Shown piece after piece: positions 48,114-58,425 of a stretch of 64,000 nt of DNA. The notes below the pieces were generated by a model, which was given only the letters and a program-made list of their open reading frames with translations, was not told the DNA's origin and searched no databases. Both the position numbers and the translations under genes were made by a program. Each line of letters opens with the position of its first letter. Within the stretch, counting starts at the first letter, position 1. Source of the DNA: an uncultured Desulfobulbaceae bacterium (GTDB lineage: Bacteria > Desulfobacterota > Desulfobulbia > Desulfobulbales > BM004); NCBI GenBank assembly GCA_947259115.1, contig CAMYKS010000006.1:88079-152078 (forward strand). Reading direction: 5' to 3'.

Positions 48114-48815
48114 ATGGAATGGCTCGCCAAGGCAACCGCATTTGACGTTCTGGTACTTGTAATTTTTCTCCTTTTCCTGGTCCGGGGCATCTGGATAGGC
48201 TTTATCCGGCAAATTTCCTCATTGCTTGCCATGGTTGGCGGCTTTCTGCTTGCCGGCTATTTTGATAACGATTTCTATCGCTTTATTCTGCCCTATTTTG
48301 ATAATTCCCATACGTCGTTTCTCTTAAGTTATATTCTTTTATTTATAGCGTTTTTTTTGCTGATCAAACTGGCGGGGCTTGGTCTGAAAAAGGTCATGGA
48401 TATTACCCTTTCCGGCTGGTTTGACAGGACCGTTGGCGGACTGTTTGGTGTTATCAAGGGGGTTTTTTTGATCAGTCTGATCTTTGTTGTCGTCACAAGC
48501 TACCTGTCTGGAGCGAACAAATATCTCAAAAAATCAATTACATACCCATTTCTTGCCCAAAGCTCCAAAGCTGTTTTGACCCTTATCAGAGATTATGATC
48601 TCAGGTCTTATTTTATTCCCAAGGAGCCGGCCATAACGCTTCCCTCTTTTGACAACTTCCCAGACGAGGCAGAAAAGCAAGAAATAATTGAGGAGCCGGA
48701 AGCAGAAAACGAGCCCGATGAAAGTGAGGATGCAACTGGCGAGCATGAAATAATTGAGGAGCTGGAAGCAGAAAGTGGGCCTGATGGAAGTGAGGATATG
48801 AGGGAAGAACGATAA
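48114..48815 (+). CDS. cvpA: CvpA (colicin V production) family membrane protein with acidic duplicated tail
   Basis: RGIWIGFIRQ and DRTVGGLFGVIKG motifs; tail repeat EIIEExEAExxPDxSED x2. Confidence 0.85.
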   Translation: MEWLAKATAFDVLVLVIFLLFLVRGIWIGFIRQISSLLAMVGGFLLAGYFDNDFYRFILPYFDNSHTSFLLSYILLFIAFFLLIKLAGLGLKKVMDITLSGWFDRTVGGLFGVIKGVFLISLIFVVVTSYLSGANKYLKKSITYPFLAQSSKAVLTLIRDYDLRSYFIPKEPAITLPSFDNFPDEAEKQEIIEEPEAENEPDESEDATGEHEIIEELEAESGPDGSEDMREER

Positions 48816-48918
48816 ATATATGTATTGCAAAATGTTCAGCAATCAGCAGCCGGCATGAAAAGCATGAAAAGTATAAAGGCTAATTACCATTGACGTCTGC
48901 ATAGAAATTGGTATTCTT

Positions 48919-48984
48919 CCCCTAGTCCCCCTAGTCCCCCTAGTCCCCCTAGTCCCCCTAGTCCCCCTAGTCCCCCTAGTCCCC
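48919..48984. repeat. 9-bp tandem repeat (CCCCCTAGT), about 7 copies
   Basis: TAGT cores at 48923, 48932, 48941, 48950, 48959, 48968 and 48977. Confidence 0.95.
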
Positions 48985-48999
48985 TCGACTCAGTTGCCT

Positions 49000-49695
49000 C
49001 TATTTCTCCCTATACCATTGCGCCAATGTTTGCGGCTTCACCCCAAGCAGATAAGCGATGATGATTACCTGGTTCATTACTGTAGTACGCAGGATGCCCA
49101 GCTTCTGCCAGCGCCGGGCTGAAGTGGTTGCCGCCAGTGGCAGTGTTTTGATGCGCCCTTTTCGTTTCAGCCTCCGCACCATTTCAAAATCCTCCATTAT
49201 GGGCAGGGCCGGAAATCCCCCCAGTGCAGCAAACAAGTCAGCGCTGACAAAAATTCCCTGGTCGCCATAGGGCATTTGCAGAAACCTGGAACGGAAATTT
49301 GCCAGCCATTCTATGACACGCAGGCCCCAAAACCCACCGTCAATTTTCAAGCGGAAGGCGCCAGCAGCAACTCCAGTCTGGTTTAAAGCATTTCGCACCT
49401 GGGCAACAAATCCCGGTGCCAGCCGGGTGTCGCCATGGAGAAAGAGCAGGATATCACCACAGGCAGCCTTTGCTCCAGCATTCATCTGGGAAGCCTTGCC
49501 TGCAGAAACACGTATGACCTTTGCGCCAAGTGCTTTAGCCGTATCTGCTGTGTTGTCAGAACTGCCCCCGTCCACCACAAGCACTTCTATGCCGGGCGTG
49601 GAGAGCAGTTCCGGCAGAAACTTCGAGATGCACCCAGCCTCGTTAAGTGTCGGAATTATGATTGATATGTTTGAGGTCTTCCGGTCTGTCGACAT
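49000..49695 (-). CDS. GT2 glycosyltransferase (TIGR04283-like, arsenosugar/rSAM-associated type); ORF extends to 49719
   Basis: ISIIIPTLNEA, VDGGSSD, QMNAGA, LLFLHGD, PYGDQGIF, IMED and TTSARRW motifs. Confidence 0.85.
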   Translation of the reverse strand: MSTDRKTSNISIIIPTLNEAGCISKFLPELLSTPGIEVLVVDGGSSDNTADTAKALGAKVIRVSAGKASQMNAGAKAACGDILLFLHGDTRLAPGFVAQVRNALNQTGVAAGAFRLKIDGGFWGLRVIEWLANFRSRFLQMPYGDQGIFVSADLFAALGGFPALPIMEDFEMVRRLKRKGRIKTLPLAATTSARRWQKLGILRTTVMNQVIIIAYLLGVKPQTLAQWYREK

Positions 49696-50272
49696 CGTGC
49701 AATTCTTCAAGGATTTCAAAGGATAAGCAAAGCTGTTGAGCCAGGGAAACGGTTACTTCGAACACCCTGTCAGTGGACCAGGGAATATGGTCAAATAATG
49801 CATCAAAGGGGCACTTTAAGCCTATGAGGTAATAACCGCCGTCAGTGGCCGGCCCAAGGACCAGGTCTTTAAGATACAGGGCATCAAAAGCCCTGTGGAT
49901 ATGTTCCTTGGAAAGTCCGGGACAGTCGCAGCCGATGGTAACCACCCTTTGGGCTCCAGCATTAAAGGCATCAGCAAATGCCTGATTGAGTTTCTTCCCC
50001 AGGTCCCCTGTCCCCTGCTTTTTATAGCTGCGGTTCAGGCCAAGCCAGTTTTGCATGCTGGCCAGATCACCTCCCTCATAATAGATGACCGGCTCAATTG
50101 TAGTGGTTTTAACCAGTTGATCAATTGTATGAACGGTTTGCTCCGTCAGTTCTCTCTGCAAGGCTGCCGCCCCTTCCTCACCCAGAGCATCAATGAGGCG
50201 GGTCTTGGTCTGTCCCGGTTCCGGATACCTGGTGAAAATTATAAGTTGATCAACCAAATGCATGCTTTTCAT
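49643..50272 (-). CDS. DUF2064/TIGR04282-like glycosyltransferase (CofC-like); ORF extends to 50326
   Basis: IFTRYPEPGQTKTRL, QGTGDLG, IGCDCP, LGPATDGGYYLIGL and DVDRPEDL motifs. Confidence 0.85.
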   Translation of the reverse strand: MKSMHLVDQLIIFTRYPEPGQTKTRLIDALGEEGAAALQRELTEQTVHTIDQLVKTTTIEPVIYYEGGDLASMQNWLGLNRSYKKQGTGDLGKKLNQAFADAFNAGAQRVVTIGCDCPGLSKEHIHRAFDALYLKDLVLGPATDGGYYLIGLKCPFDALFDHIPWSTDRVFEVTVSLAQQLCLSFEILEELHDVDRPEDLKHINHNSDT

Positions 50273-50338
50273 CCTGTAATCATTAGGGTATTGTTGCTTG
50301 CCAATCCATAATTTCAGATGCAGCAAGGAATATGTACC

Positions 50339-51109
50339 ATGAACGGGGAAAAAAGAAAAAAAATCTCACCTGCAGACTATAAAAAAAGGAGTTATCGTCA
50401 GACAATTGCTGCTGACAACCTGATTTCATCCTTTGTGACAGTCAAAGAAACAGACCTGCATATCCTGGCTGCAAAAAATATTGAAGCCGAGGGCAAGCAC
50501 TCTGTTCATCGCTACCGGAACCAGCTGGAAAACTACATCAACTCCCACCCCGATTTTCTGACAGCCCTTATACCTCTGGAACCGGACAACCTGGCGCCAC
50601 CCATAGTCAAAGCTATGTTCAAGGCTGCCGCTGCAGCGGATGTGGGGCCCATGGCTGCTGTTGCCGGAGCCATGGCGGAATATGTGGGCCGGGACCTTCT
50701 TGATAGCGGTTTGCAGGATGTTATAGTTGAAAACGGCGGTGATATATTTCTGGCCAGAAATAAGGCGTGTGTAGCAGCCATCTTTGCAGGCAGCTCACAG
50801 CTCAACCAGAAAGTGGGCATCAGGATACCGGCCTCCCGTATGCCGGTCGGGCTCTGCACCTCTTCAGGCACAGTAGGACATTCCCTGAGCCTGGGAAAGG
50901 CTGACGCCGTCACAGTGCTGGCCCCATCCGCACTGTTGGCAGATGCAGCAGCTACCCGTCTTGGCAATGAGGTGACAGCAGCCGGCAAGGATAATATCAA
51001 CGATGTTCTCGGGATTGCAAAGACTATTCCAGGGCTTCTCGGGGTGGTAATTATTTGTGGAAAACATATGGGAGCCTGGGGTGAAATTGATTTACTGGGA
51101 CTTGATTAG
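50339..51109 (+). CDS. UPF0280/ApbE-like family protein; ORF extends to 50318
   Basis: VKETDL, VGPMAAVAGA, IVENGGDIF, CTSSGTVGHSLSLG.ADA and ADAAAT motifs. Confidence 0.88.
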   Translation: MNGEKRKKISPADYKKRSYRQTIAADNLISSFVTVKETDLHILAAKNIEAEGKHSVHRYRNQLENYINSHPDFLTALIPLEPDNLAPPIVKAMFKAAAAADVGPMAAVAGAMAEYVGRDLLDSGLQDVIVENGGDIFLARNKACVAAIFAGSSQLNQKVGIRIPASRMPVGLCTSSGTVGHSLSLGKADAVTVLAPSALLADAAATRLGNEVTAAGKDNINDVLGIAKTIPGLLGVVIICGKHMGAWGEIDLLGLD

Positions 51110-51439
51110 CAGCCTGCCGGAGAATTCCGAACCTGCTGCGCATAAGTCCCCTGTATTTAAGGGTATTTATGCCCTGTATTTAAGGGTACTTACCTGAGGG
51201 AGTATAGTTTCTGACTTCGAAAGTGAAAGAATCGCCCCAAATTCAAGAAATTTTGTTCTCGATTCCTTATTTTTTCACTACGATTATAATTCTCCACAGG
51301 CCCCTAGTAGGAAAAGTTGCTGAAACATGCTATAACCTGTTAAGATTAAAACCTAATTCCGTGAGGAAAAATTTCTGGCTGCGGATTTAGACCCAACGGC
51401 TTACGGATTCAGGCTGAATAAATTATACAGAGGACGCCG

Positions 51440-52849
51440 ATGTCTCATATCCAACCCGTAATACTTGCCGGAGGAACCGGAACCCGGCTTTGGCCCTTGT
51501 CCAGGGAACTTTATCCCAAGCAGCTTTTGAACCTGACAGAGGATATCTCCCTGCTGCAGGCCACCATCAAAAGAATTCTCTCCCTGCCGAATATGCTGCC
51601 GCCGCTGGTTGTGGTGGGTGATGAGCATCGTTTTCTGACCCAGAACCAGATCGACGAACTTGGCCTCAGGGACAAAATCACCATCATTTTAGAGCCGTTG
51701 GGGCGCGATACAGCACCAGCTATTTGTGCAGCAGCCCTCTATGCCCTTGCAAAGCATGACGAGGATACCATCATGCTGGTCCTGCCGGCAGATCACCTGA
51801 TCAGCAAGCCGGAAGCCTTTGTGCAGGGAATTGAGCATGCCGCAGAACTTGCGGCTGACGGCCACCTCGTGACATTCGGCATTACACCGCACAGTCCGGA
51901 GACAGGCTACGGCTATATTCAAAGGGGGGAAGGAAACAGGGTTCTGTCCTTTGTTGAGAAGCCTGATATGAAAACAGCAGAGCGCTACCTTGCCGAGGGC
52001 AACTATTACTGGAACAGCGGCATGTTCGCTTTTTGCCTTAAGACATTTTTTGCAGAGGTGAGAAAATATGCACCGCAAACCTGTTTACTCATGGAAGAGT
52101 CTTTTGAAAAGGGCCGGGTGGATGAGCCTTTTTTTCGCCTTGATCAGTTGAGTATGGAGGCCTGTGCCTGTGAATCAATAGACTATGCCCTGATGGAAAA
52201 ATCAGGACGGGTGGCGGTGGTTCCCGTTGATATGGGTTGGGATGACATCGGTTCATGGCAGGCCCTCTGGGATGTTTCCGCTAAAGACGCAGAGGGCAAT
52301 GTAGTGCACGGGGATGTTGTTTTAGAGGATGTGCGCAACAGTCTGATTCGTGCAGAAAACAGGCTGGTGGCAGGTGTCGGCCTTGAAGGTACCCTGGTGG
52401 TGGAAACAGCGGATGCCGTGCTGGTGGCACCGCTTGCCAGGGCCCAGGATGTCAAGAAGATAGTAACCCGCATCAAAGCGGACAAAAATGAGGCATACCG
52501 GCTGCACATGACAGTCTATCGGCCCTGGGGCAGCTACACTGTTTTAGAAGAACAGGAAAGATTTCAGATCAAGCGGCTCTCGGTGAATCCCGGCGCCAAG
52601 CTTTCCCTGCAGATGCACCACCACAGGTCGGAACATTGGGTGGTTGTCAAGGGCACCGCAACCGTCACCTGCGGCGAAGAAAAATTCCTGGTCCATGAAA
52701 ACGAATCAACCTATATCTCAGCAGGCAAAAAGCATCGTCTTGAAAATGAAGGGGTCATCCCCCTTGAACTGATAGAGGTGCAGAACGGCAGCTACCTGGG
52801 AGAGGATGATATTGTCCGCTTTGATGATGTATATGGCCGCGAGAAATAA
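51440..52849 (+). CDS. manC: Mannose-1-phosphate guanylyltransferase / mannose-6-phosphate isomerase
   Basis: ILAGGTGTRLWPLSR..YPKQ, PADH, FVEKP, SIDYALME and RPWG motifs; cupin LSLQMHHHRSEHW. Confidence 0.96.
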   Translation: MSHIQPVILAGGTGTRLWPLSRELYPKQLLNLTEDISLLQATIKRILSLPNMLPPLVVVGDEHRFLTQNQIDELGLRDKITIILEPLGRDTAPAICAAALYALAKHDEDTIMLVLPADHLISKPEAFVQGIEHAAELAADGHLVTFGITPHSPETGYGYIQRGEGNRVLSFVEKPDMKTAERYLAEGNYYWNSGMFAFCLKTFFAEVRKYAPQTCLLMEESFEKGRVDEPFFRLDQLSMEACACESIDYALMEKSGRVAVVPVDMGWDDIGSWQALWDVSAKDAEGNVVHGDVVLEDVRNSLIRAENRLVAGVGLEGTLVVETADAVLVAPLARAQDVKKIVTRIKADKNEAYRLHMTVYRPWGSYTVLEEQERFQIKRLSVNPGAKLSLQMHHHRSEHWVVVKGTATVTCGEEKFLVHENESTYISAGKKHRLENEGVIPLELIEVQNGSYLGEDDIVRFDDVYGREK

Positions 52850-52885
52850 TATCACCTGCCGGTCTTACAAGTAAACTGAGTACCT

Positions 52886-53323
52886 ATGACCCACGAAAAG
52901 CGCCGCACAGAAAGAATTGCAATCAAAATACCGGTTTCCGTCCTGCTGCTGGACGACGAGACCGGTGCAGTACTTGCAGGTCCGGTGCAAGGCGAGGCGA
53001 GAAATTTTTCTCCCATGGGTTTGGCCCTTTCCCTGACAAATATAAAAATTGACAACTACCACCTGTTCTTTACCTGTCAGGACAACCCTTCCCATATCCT
53101 GAAAATCGGTATTGTTTTGCCGGATGATTTTGAAACAACGATTTCAATCCCTGGACGGCCTGTCTGGTATGACCGGGACAAGGAATTTCCGGAGGAGAAA
53201 AGAGCGCTGCTGGGTATCGAGTTTCTGCTGAAACCGAACGACCAGGTCATAAAAAAGCTGTCTAAAGAGCTTGCTGCTGCCGTTGAAGGCCCGACAAACT
53301 GGTGGCAGAAAAAGATATTCTAA
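52886..53323 (+). CDS. PilZ domain protein
   Basis: EKRRTER (RxxxR) and NFSPMG (N/DxSxxG); GRPVW...GIEF. Confidence 0.8.
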   Translation: MTHEKRRTERIAIKIPVSVLLLDDETGAVLAGPVQGEARNFSPMGLALSLTNIKIDNYHLFFTCQDNPSHILKIGIVLPDDFETTISIPGRPVWYDRDKEFPEEKRALLGIEFLLKPNDQVIKKLSKELAAAVEGPTNWWQKKIF

Positions 53324-53341
53324 ATTGAATTTGACTCACGC

Positions 53342-53406
53342 TTAACCCGAATATTTCATGAACAGTTTTGAAAAATCATTTTAAGTACGTGAAAAAATCA
53401 GGCTAA
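53342..53406. mobile_element. Internally deleted copy of the MITE at 10649-10915 (joined ends)
   Basis: TTAACCCGAATATTTCATGAACAGTTTTGAAAAA..TTTAAGTA matches the left end and is joined to CGTGAAAAAATCAGGCTAA, which matches the right end. Confidence 0.7.
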
Positions 53407-53596
53407 CCAGGTTCTTGTTTACAACCGGGCAGTCATCTTTTCATAAAACTGCCTGGGAAGTACTTACAGGAAAATTAAGATGTTCAGCGGACATGGTGAC
53501 CGTATTTGCAGAAGTCAAAAGATGAAATGGTGAGAATGCTGTCTCCCTTAACTGGTATGATATTATCTTTTGCGCTTTCGCTGTGTTTGTTGAAAA

Positions 53597-54277
53597 ATGC
53601 AAACAAGAGAAAATGATAAAATGGAAGAGATAGAAAGAGTAAACTATTACGCATCAGTAGAAGAAAAAACCAACATCATTTCCCATGCTATTGGTTTTGT
53701 TCTAAGCATAGTTGCTTTGGTGCTTCTGGTTACGTATGCAAGTTTTTATGGAAACATTTTGCATATTGTAAGTTTTAGCATTTTTGGCGCAAGTTTAATT
53801 CTTTTGTTTGCGGCTTCCACTTTCTACCACAGTGCTAAGAAGCCAGAGTTGCGAAGCCGATTGAGGGTCATTGACCACGCCTCTATTTACGTTCTCATTG
53901 CTGGAACCTACACTCCTTTTACGCTTATAACGCTGAATGGCCCTGTCGGTTGGTCAATTTTGGGGGCTGCCTGGGGGTTGGCTTTAACTGGAATAATTTT
54001 GAAACTTTTTTTTACAGGAAAATATAAATTAATTTCAACAGTAATGTATATTTTTATGGGGTGGATAATCGTTTTTGCCATAAAACCGGTAATACAAAAT
54101 TTGCCTTTAGAAGGCTTGCTCTGGCTTGTTGCAGGTGGAGTTGCTTACACCATAGGCGCAATTCTATACAGCATTAATACAATAAAGTTCAATCACGCCA
54201 TTTTTCATGTGTTTGTTTTGATTGGCAGTCTTTGTCATTTTTTGTCGGTGTTTTTTTATGTTTTACCAAATAAATAA
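53597..54277 (+). CDS. Hemolysin III / PAQR family membrane protein
   Basis: EEKTNIISH, STFYH, DHASIYVLIAGTYTP and HAIFHVFV motifs. Confidence 0.93.
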   Translation: MQTRENDKMEEIERVNYYASVEEKTNIISHAIGFVLSIVALVLLVTYASFYGNILHIVSFSIFGASLILLFAASTFYHSAKKPELRSRLRVIDHASIYVLIAGTYTPFTLITLNGPVGWSILGAAWGLALTGIILKLFFTGKYKLISTVMYIFMGWIIVFAIKPVIQNLPLEGLLWLVAGGVAYTIGAILYSINTIKFNHAIFHVFVLIGSLCHFLSVFFYVLPNK

Positions 54278-54471
54278 TTCAGCGTAACCAATAAGAATTA
54301 TTGAAAGCAGAAAAACTCCATTGCCCCTGGACATAGAAACTTTAAAGCAGGCTCAAAAAGTTACAATTGTGGTAAGCAATGTGGACTTTTTATTTGTAGT
54401 GCTAATCACATCGTCGTTATTTCAAAATATAAATCCTCTCAAGTAGCCTGTATAAGTCTTTCTCTCTAGTC

Positions 54472-54487
54472 TGGTCAAATATGACCA
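54472..54487. promoter_or_regulatory. Palindromic operator-like site TGGTCAAATATGACCA
   Basis: Near-perfect palindrome; related copies at 57195-57210 and 57214-57229. Confidence 0.55.
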
Positions 54488-54578
54488 ATTTCTTGACTTT
54501 CAAGTAGTTATTTAATACAGATTATTACTTATTATAAGTTGTTACTTAGCTGCAAACCACTTCCAGGAGCCATTTCTG

Positions 54579-56301
54579 ATGACCGGTTTGTCCGTTTTTA
54601 CATATTTTAGGCCTTCTAAGGTATTCACATACCCCAGGAGGCTTTTATGTTTTGTGGACCGGAAAATAAGCAAACCAGACAAGCCGCTCACTTTGTTCTT
54701 CCTGCTTATCCTTCTGCTGAGCAGCCCTTTTTCAGCCTGGGCGGAGAAAATACTCCAAAAATCCAATTAACTCCCGAAGAGCGAGCCTGGCCGGCAGAGC
54801 ACCCGAATGTTACATTCGGTTTCACAGACTCTTTTGAACCATTTCTGATCCGAGGTGTTAGGGATCAACACATCGGCATTTTAGTAGACTTTTTAAAAGA
54901 ACTGAACTTGCGGCTAGGCACCCATTTTGCGCTGGAAGTCGATTCCTGGTCGGTGATACTGGAAAAGGTAAAACAAAAGGATATGGGTGCAGTTTTGGGT
55001 GTCGCTCATCATACGGCCGATGCCTTTGGACTATTGAAAACGGTTCCTTACTTTACAGTCTATCCTACTTTTTTTGCACGTTAAGATACGCCGATTGCCA
55101 TAAAGAGTTTGGATGATTTACGCGGCAAATCTGTTGCTATACTAGACAAAGCCAAGGTAATGGAAAGCATCCTTGACCTTATGGGACCGAGGTCGAAATA
55201 TCGCGGCACCCCGATAACCTGACAACTTTGAAGATGGTTTTTGAGGGGAAGGTTGACTTTTCATTCGGATTGTCCACCCATTCTTACTATATCAATAAAT
55301 ACGGTCTGGTGGGGGTGAAGCCGGTCCACGTCTTGTTGGAAAGACCTTCAAAAGTTGGCATGGCGGTTCGGACAGATTGGCCGGAACTCGTAGCCATTCT
55401 TAATAAGGCGATTTCCAGTTTTTCAGATCAAGAAATCGATACTATTGTCGGACGCTGGATAGACCTTCCAGTTCAGAAGAAAGAATTAGACCTGACTCCA
55501 GAAGAGCGAGCTTGGCTCGACCTCAAGCATACGGTTGGAGTGCGGGTTGTCGACTGGCCGCCATACATGATCGCCAAAGACAACGAACCGCCGCAGGGCA
55601 TTGTTATTGAGTATCTCAAGCTGATCGGGGAACGGTCCGGGATCACGTTTAAATATGAAGTGACCGACCAGCCGTTTGCCGAGTTCATCGAAAGCATGAA
55701 GCAGCACAAGGGCCCCGACATGACTCCGGTCATCATTCCAACACCAGAGCGTCAACAGTACCTCTCCTTTTCAAAGACCTATATCTCATCTCCCTATGTC
55801 ATCTTTATTCGGGATCAGGATGAACCAATCCTGGATGTCAACGGCCTGGCCGAAAAGACAGTTGCGGTTCCGCGAGGCTTTGTATTGCATGATAAACTGG
55901 CCAGGGAAGATATCCCCATGATTGTTCAATTCTACGTGGATATATTTACCAGGAAACTGGGCAAGAAAATAAAATCCATCCCTGCCAAGGTCATGAAAAC
56001 CCTGCAGAGCTATAACTGGCCCGGTAATGTCCGTGAACTGCAAAACGTTATCGAACGGATGGTTATCGCCACGACAGATGCCAAACTGCAGCTGCCGGAT
56101 GAGTTCAGCCAGGCGGACCAGGCAGCATCACCCTCTGAAAGTTTCAAATCCCTGCGCGATATGGAACGCGACTATATTGTCAGTGTCCTTGAAAAAACCG
56201 GCTGGAAGGTGAGCGGCAAAGACAGCGCCGCCGAGATCCTCGGGCTTGACCGCAGCACCTTGCGGGCCAGGATGAAGAAGCTTGGGATTCATAAAAAGTG
56301 A
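54579..56301 (+). pseudogene. Decayed sensor with tandem periplasmic SBP (BvgS-like) domains fused by deletion to the C-terminus of a sigma54 Fis-type activator
   Basis: Frameshift near 54750, in-frame stop at 55082 and another frameshift near 55180; LTPEERAW x2; abrupt switch near 55905 to REDIP..YNWPGNVRELQN..HTH with no Walker A or GAFTGA. Confidence 0.8.
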
Positions 56302-56304
56302 TAG

Positions 56305-56429
56305 ACAAAGGCACTAAGGCACAGAGTTTAAAAACTTGATAGCTACATTTTATGTACTTAGAAACCTTGACACTTCTTTGTCATGAAGTCATAGGGCATA
56401 GATACCTTTGTGCCTTTGTGCCTGTAGCC
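56305..56429. repeat. Short heptamer-like inverted repeats
   Basis: AGGCACTAAGGCACAGAG facing CTTTGTGCCTTTGTGCCT. Confidence 0.5.
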
Positions 56430-56542
56430 ATCAATTTCAAATCTGTCCCCTTGAGAACGCGACAACTCCTTTACCTTCCGCATCAAAAAAACGTATATAT
56501 CAACACTTGACTTGTACATACAAATGATGTACATTTTTTATC

Positions 56543-56827
56543 ATGAAATATGATTGGAATTCAGACAAAAACGAGTGGCTGAAAAAACACCGTAATATTT
56601 CATTTGAACAGATTGTTTTCCATCTCAGCCAAGGTGATGTCTGGATGGTTGCCGATCACCCGGACCAGGAAAAGTATGCAGGACAGCGAATTTATTTCGT
56701 TGTGGTTGAAAATTACGTTTACCTGGTTCCTCACATTATTGAAAAGGATTACATCTTTTTGAAAACAATCATTCCAAGCAGAAAGGCAACAAAAGACTAT
56801 TTAAAAGAACAGGAAGACCAGCCATGA
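56543..56827 (+). CDS. Type II TA toxin, BrnT/DUF497-like
   Basis: YDWNSDKNEWLKKHRNISFE...HP....Y..Q...LVP...FLKTIIPSRKATK. Confidence 0.8.
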   Translation: MKYDWNSDKNEWLKKHRNISFEQIVFHLSQGDVWMVADHPDQEKYAGQRIYFVVVENYVYLVPHIIEKDYIFLKTIIPSRKATKDYLKEQEDQP

Positions 56828-57096
56828 AACTTGATAAAGAAGAGAAAGAAATACTGAAGGCATATGAATCCGGCCAGTTGAAACTGTCCAGGCCCTCCCA
56901 GAAAGAGCTGAAGGCGATCAAGGCTGCTGCCGAGAGCACCTTTAAAAAAGACAAGCGCATTACAATTCGACTCTATGATCACGACTTTAAAGGGATCCAG
57001 AAAAAGGCCCTGCAGATGGGCATCCCCTATCAAACGTTGATCTCCGGTATTATCCACCGGTATATTGAAGGCGACCTGGTTTCAAAAGACGGTTAA
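56824..57096 (+). CDS. Cognate antitoxin (CopG/RHH-like)
   Basis: KDKRITIRL...KA...GIPYQTLI motif; ATGA overlap with the toxin. Confidence 0.8.
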   Translation: MKLDKEEKEILKAYESGQLKLSRPSQKELKAIKAAAESTFKKDKRITIRLYDHDFKGIQKKALQMGIPYQTLISGIIHRYIEGDLVSKDG

Positions 57097-57194
57097 CAAA
57101 GAGCCTCCAGTCTTCAGTCTTCAGTCTCCAGCCTATCTTTTCCTTCCATCATCTCCCTAACAACCATAAAGACCTAAACCTACAACAGCAATAC

Positions 57195-57229
57195 TGGTCA
57201 TATTTAACCATATTGGTAATATTTGACCA
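57195..57229. promoter_or_regulatory. Tandem enhancer-like sites
   Basis: TGGTCATATTTAACCA and TGGTAATATTTGACCA, about 100 bp upstream of a -24/-12-like promoter. Confidence 0.55.
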
Positions 57230-57326
57230 TTAATAGAGCTTTTTGCTGGACATTAGCCTCAACAGCGCCCCATTTTACCTTAAACAAATCATTAACTTGA
57301 AGCTTTTTTCCAGGGGATTTTCTGTT

Positions 57327-57343
57327 TTGGCACGAAGATTGAA
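57327..57343 (+). promoter_or_regulatory. Putative sigma54 (-24/-12) promoter
   Basis: TTGGCACGAAGATTGAA versus consensus TGGCACGN4TTGC. Confidence 0.55.
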
Positions 57344-57410
57344 ATAGAAATCATTATAATCTGGATACGGTTTCTTAAAAACAGCAATTATCTGAGCAGA
57401 GGAGACTGGT

Positions 57411-57692
57411 ATGGTTGTTGTCACATTCAAATTAAAGGGTAAACCCGAGACTCGCCTTGAAATCAGCCAATCATTACAGGGTATTGCCGATAAGGTAAAA
57501 AAACTTGAGGGGTGTGTGGATACACGTATTTATCAAGACACCGATGATGAGAACATTTTTTTCATGATCGAGGAGTGGCAGCAGCAGCGGCACCTGGATG
57601 ACCATATGAAAACAAGTCTGTTCAGAGCTCTACTCGGCATCAAGGGGCTGCTGGTCAAAGAACCGGAAATCAAATTCATGGCCGAGAATTAA
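57411..57692 (+). CDS. Antibiotic biosynthesis monooxygenase (ABM) family protein
   Basis: EGC....YQD......FMIEEW......DHM.T..F pattern; GAGGAG RBS. Confidence 0.8.
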   Translation: MVVVTFKLKGKPETRLEISQSLQGIADKVKKLEGCVDTRIYQDTDDENIFFMIEEWQQQRHLDDHMKTSLFRALLGIKGLLVKEPEIKFMAEN

Positions 57693-57726
57693 ATCAATCA
57701 CTTATTAAGGAGGATAAACAGATAAC

Positions 57727-58425
57727 ATGAAAAAGATAATATCAATATTGGTTTTGGGGGTCCTGGCAGCATTTCTACTTTCTGCACTTGGGCCAATCAA
57801 AGCTTCTGAGTCTGAACCAGACGACCGGCAGGCCATGGACATCCTGCAGAACATGGCCAAAACCCTGGCCGAGGCCAAACAGTTCAGTGTTTCGGTCAAC
57901 AGCAGTTATGACGCGCCCCAGGAAAACGGCCAGATGGTCGAATTCGGAGCATTGCGCAACATCCAGGTCAAGCGGCCCGATAAGATGCGGGTCGATGTGC
58001 AGAAAAGTGACGGCGACCAGCGTATAACGGTTTTTGACGGCAAGCAGATCATCGTCCACAACGTCACTGAAAACATCTATGCAAAGGCCGACAAAGTCGG
58101 CAGTGTCGATGATGCTGTCAAGCACCTGGTCGGTGTCCTGAAAACGCCGCTGCCGCTGGGCAGGCTTTTCCGGACAACCATTCCTGCCGAACTGGAGCAG
58201 ATGGTTGAAGAAATTGATTATGTCGAACTCAACATGCTGACCGATGTGCCAACCGACCACCTGGCCGTCCGCACCAGGGATGTTGATTTCCAGATATGGA
58301 TTGCCCAGGGTAAAGAGCCGCTGCCCAGGCGGATCGTCATAACCTACAGATCTACAGGGCGCTTGGCGGTGGTTGGCAGATTCGCGACAACCGGGACCCG
58401 GTCGAGCTGCTGCCCGAAGACATGA
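57727..58425 (+). pseudogene. DUF2092-like periplasmic protein, C-terminally truncated by a deletion near 58350
   Basis: Signal peptide; VKRPDKMR, FDGK, HLA.R..DVDFQIWI.QG.EPLPRRIVITY, then aberrant tail. Confidence 0.7.

Noticed and set aside
51149-51188. 17-bp direct duplication CCCTGTATTTAAGGGTA upstream of manC
   Set aside because: Only two copies with no other support; could be a simple local duplication
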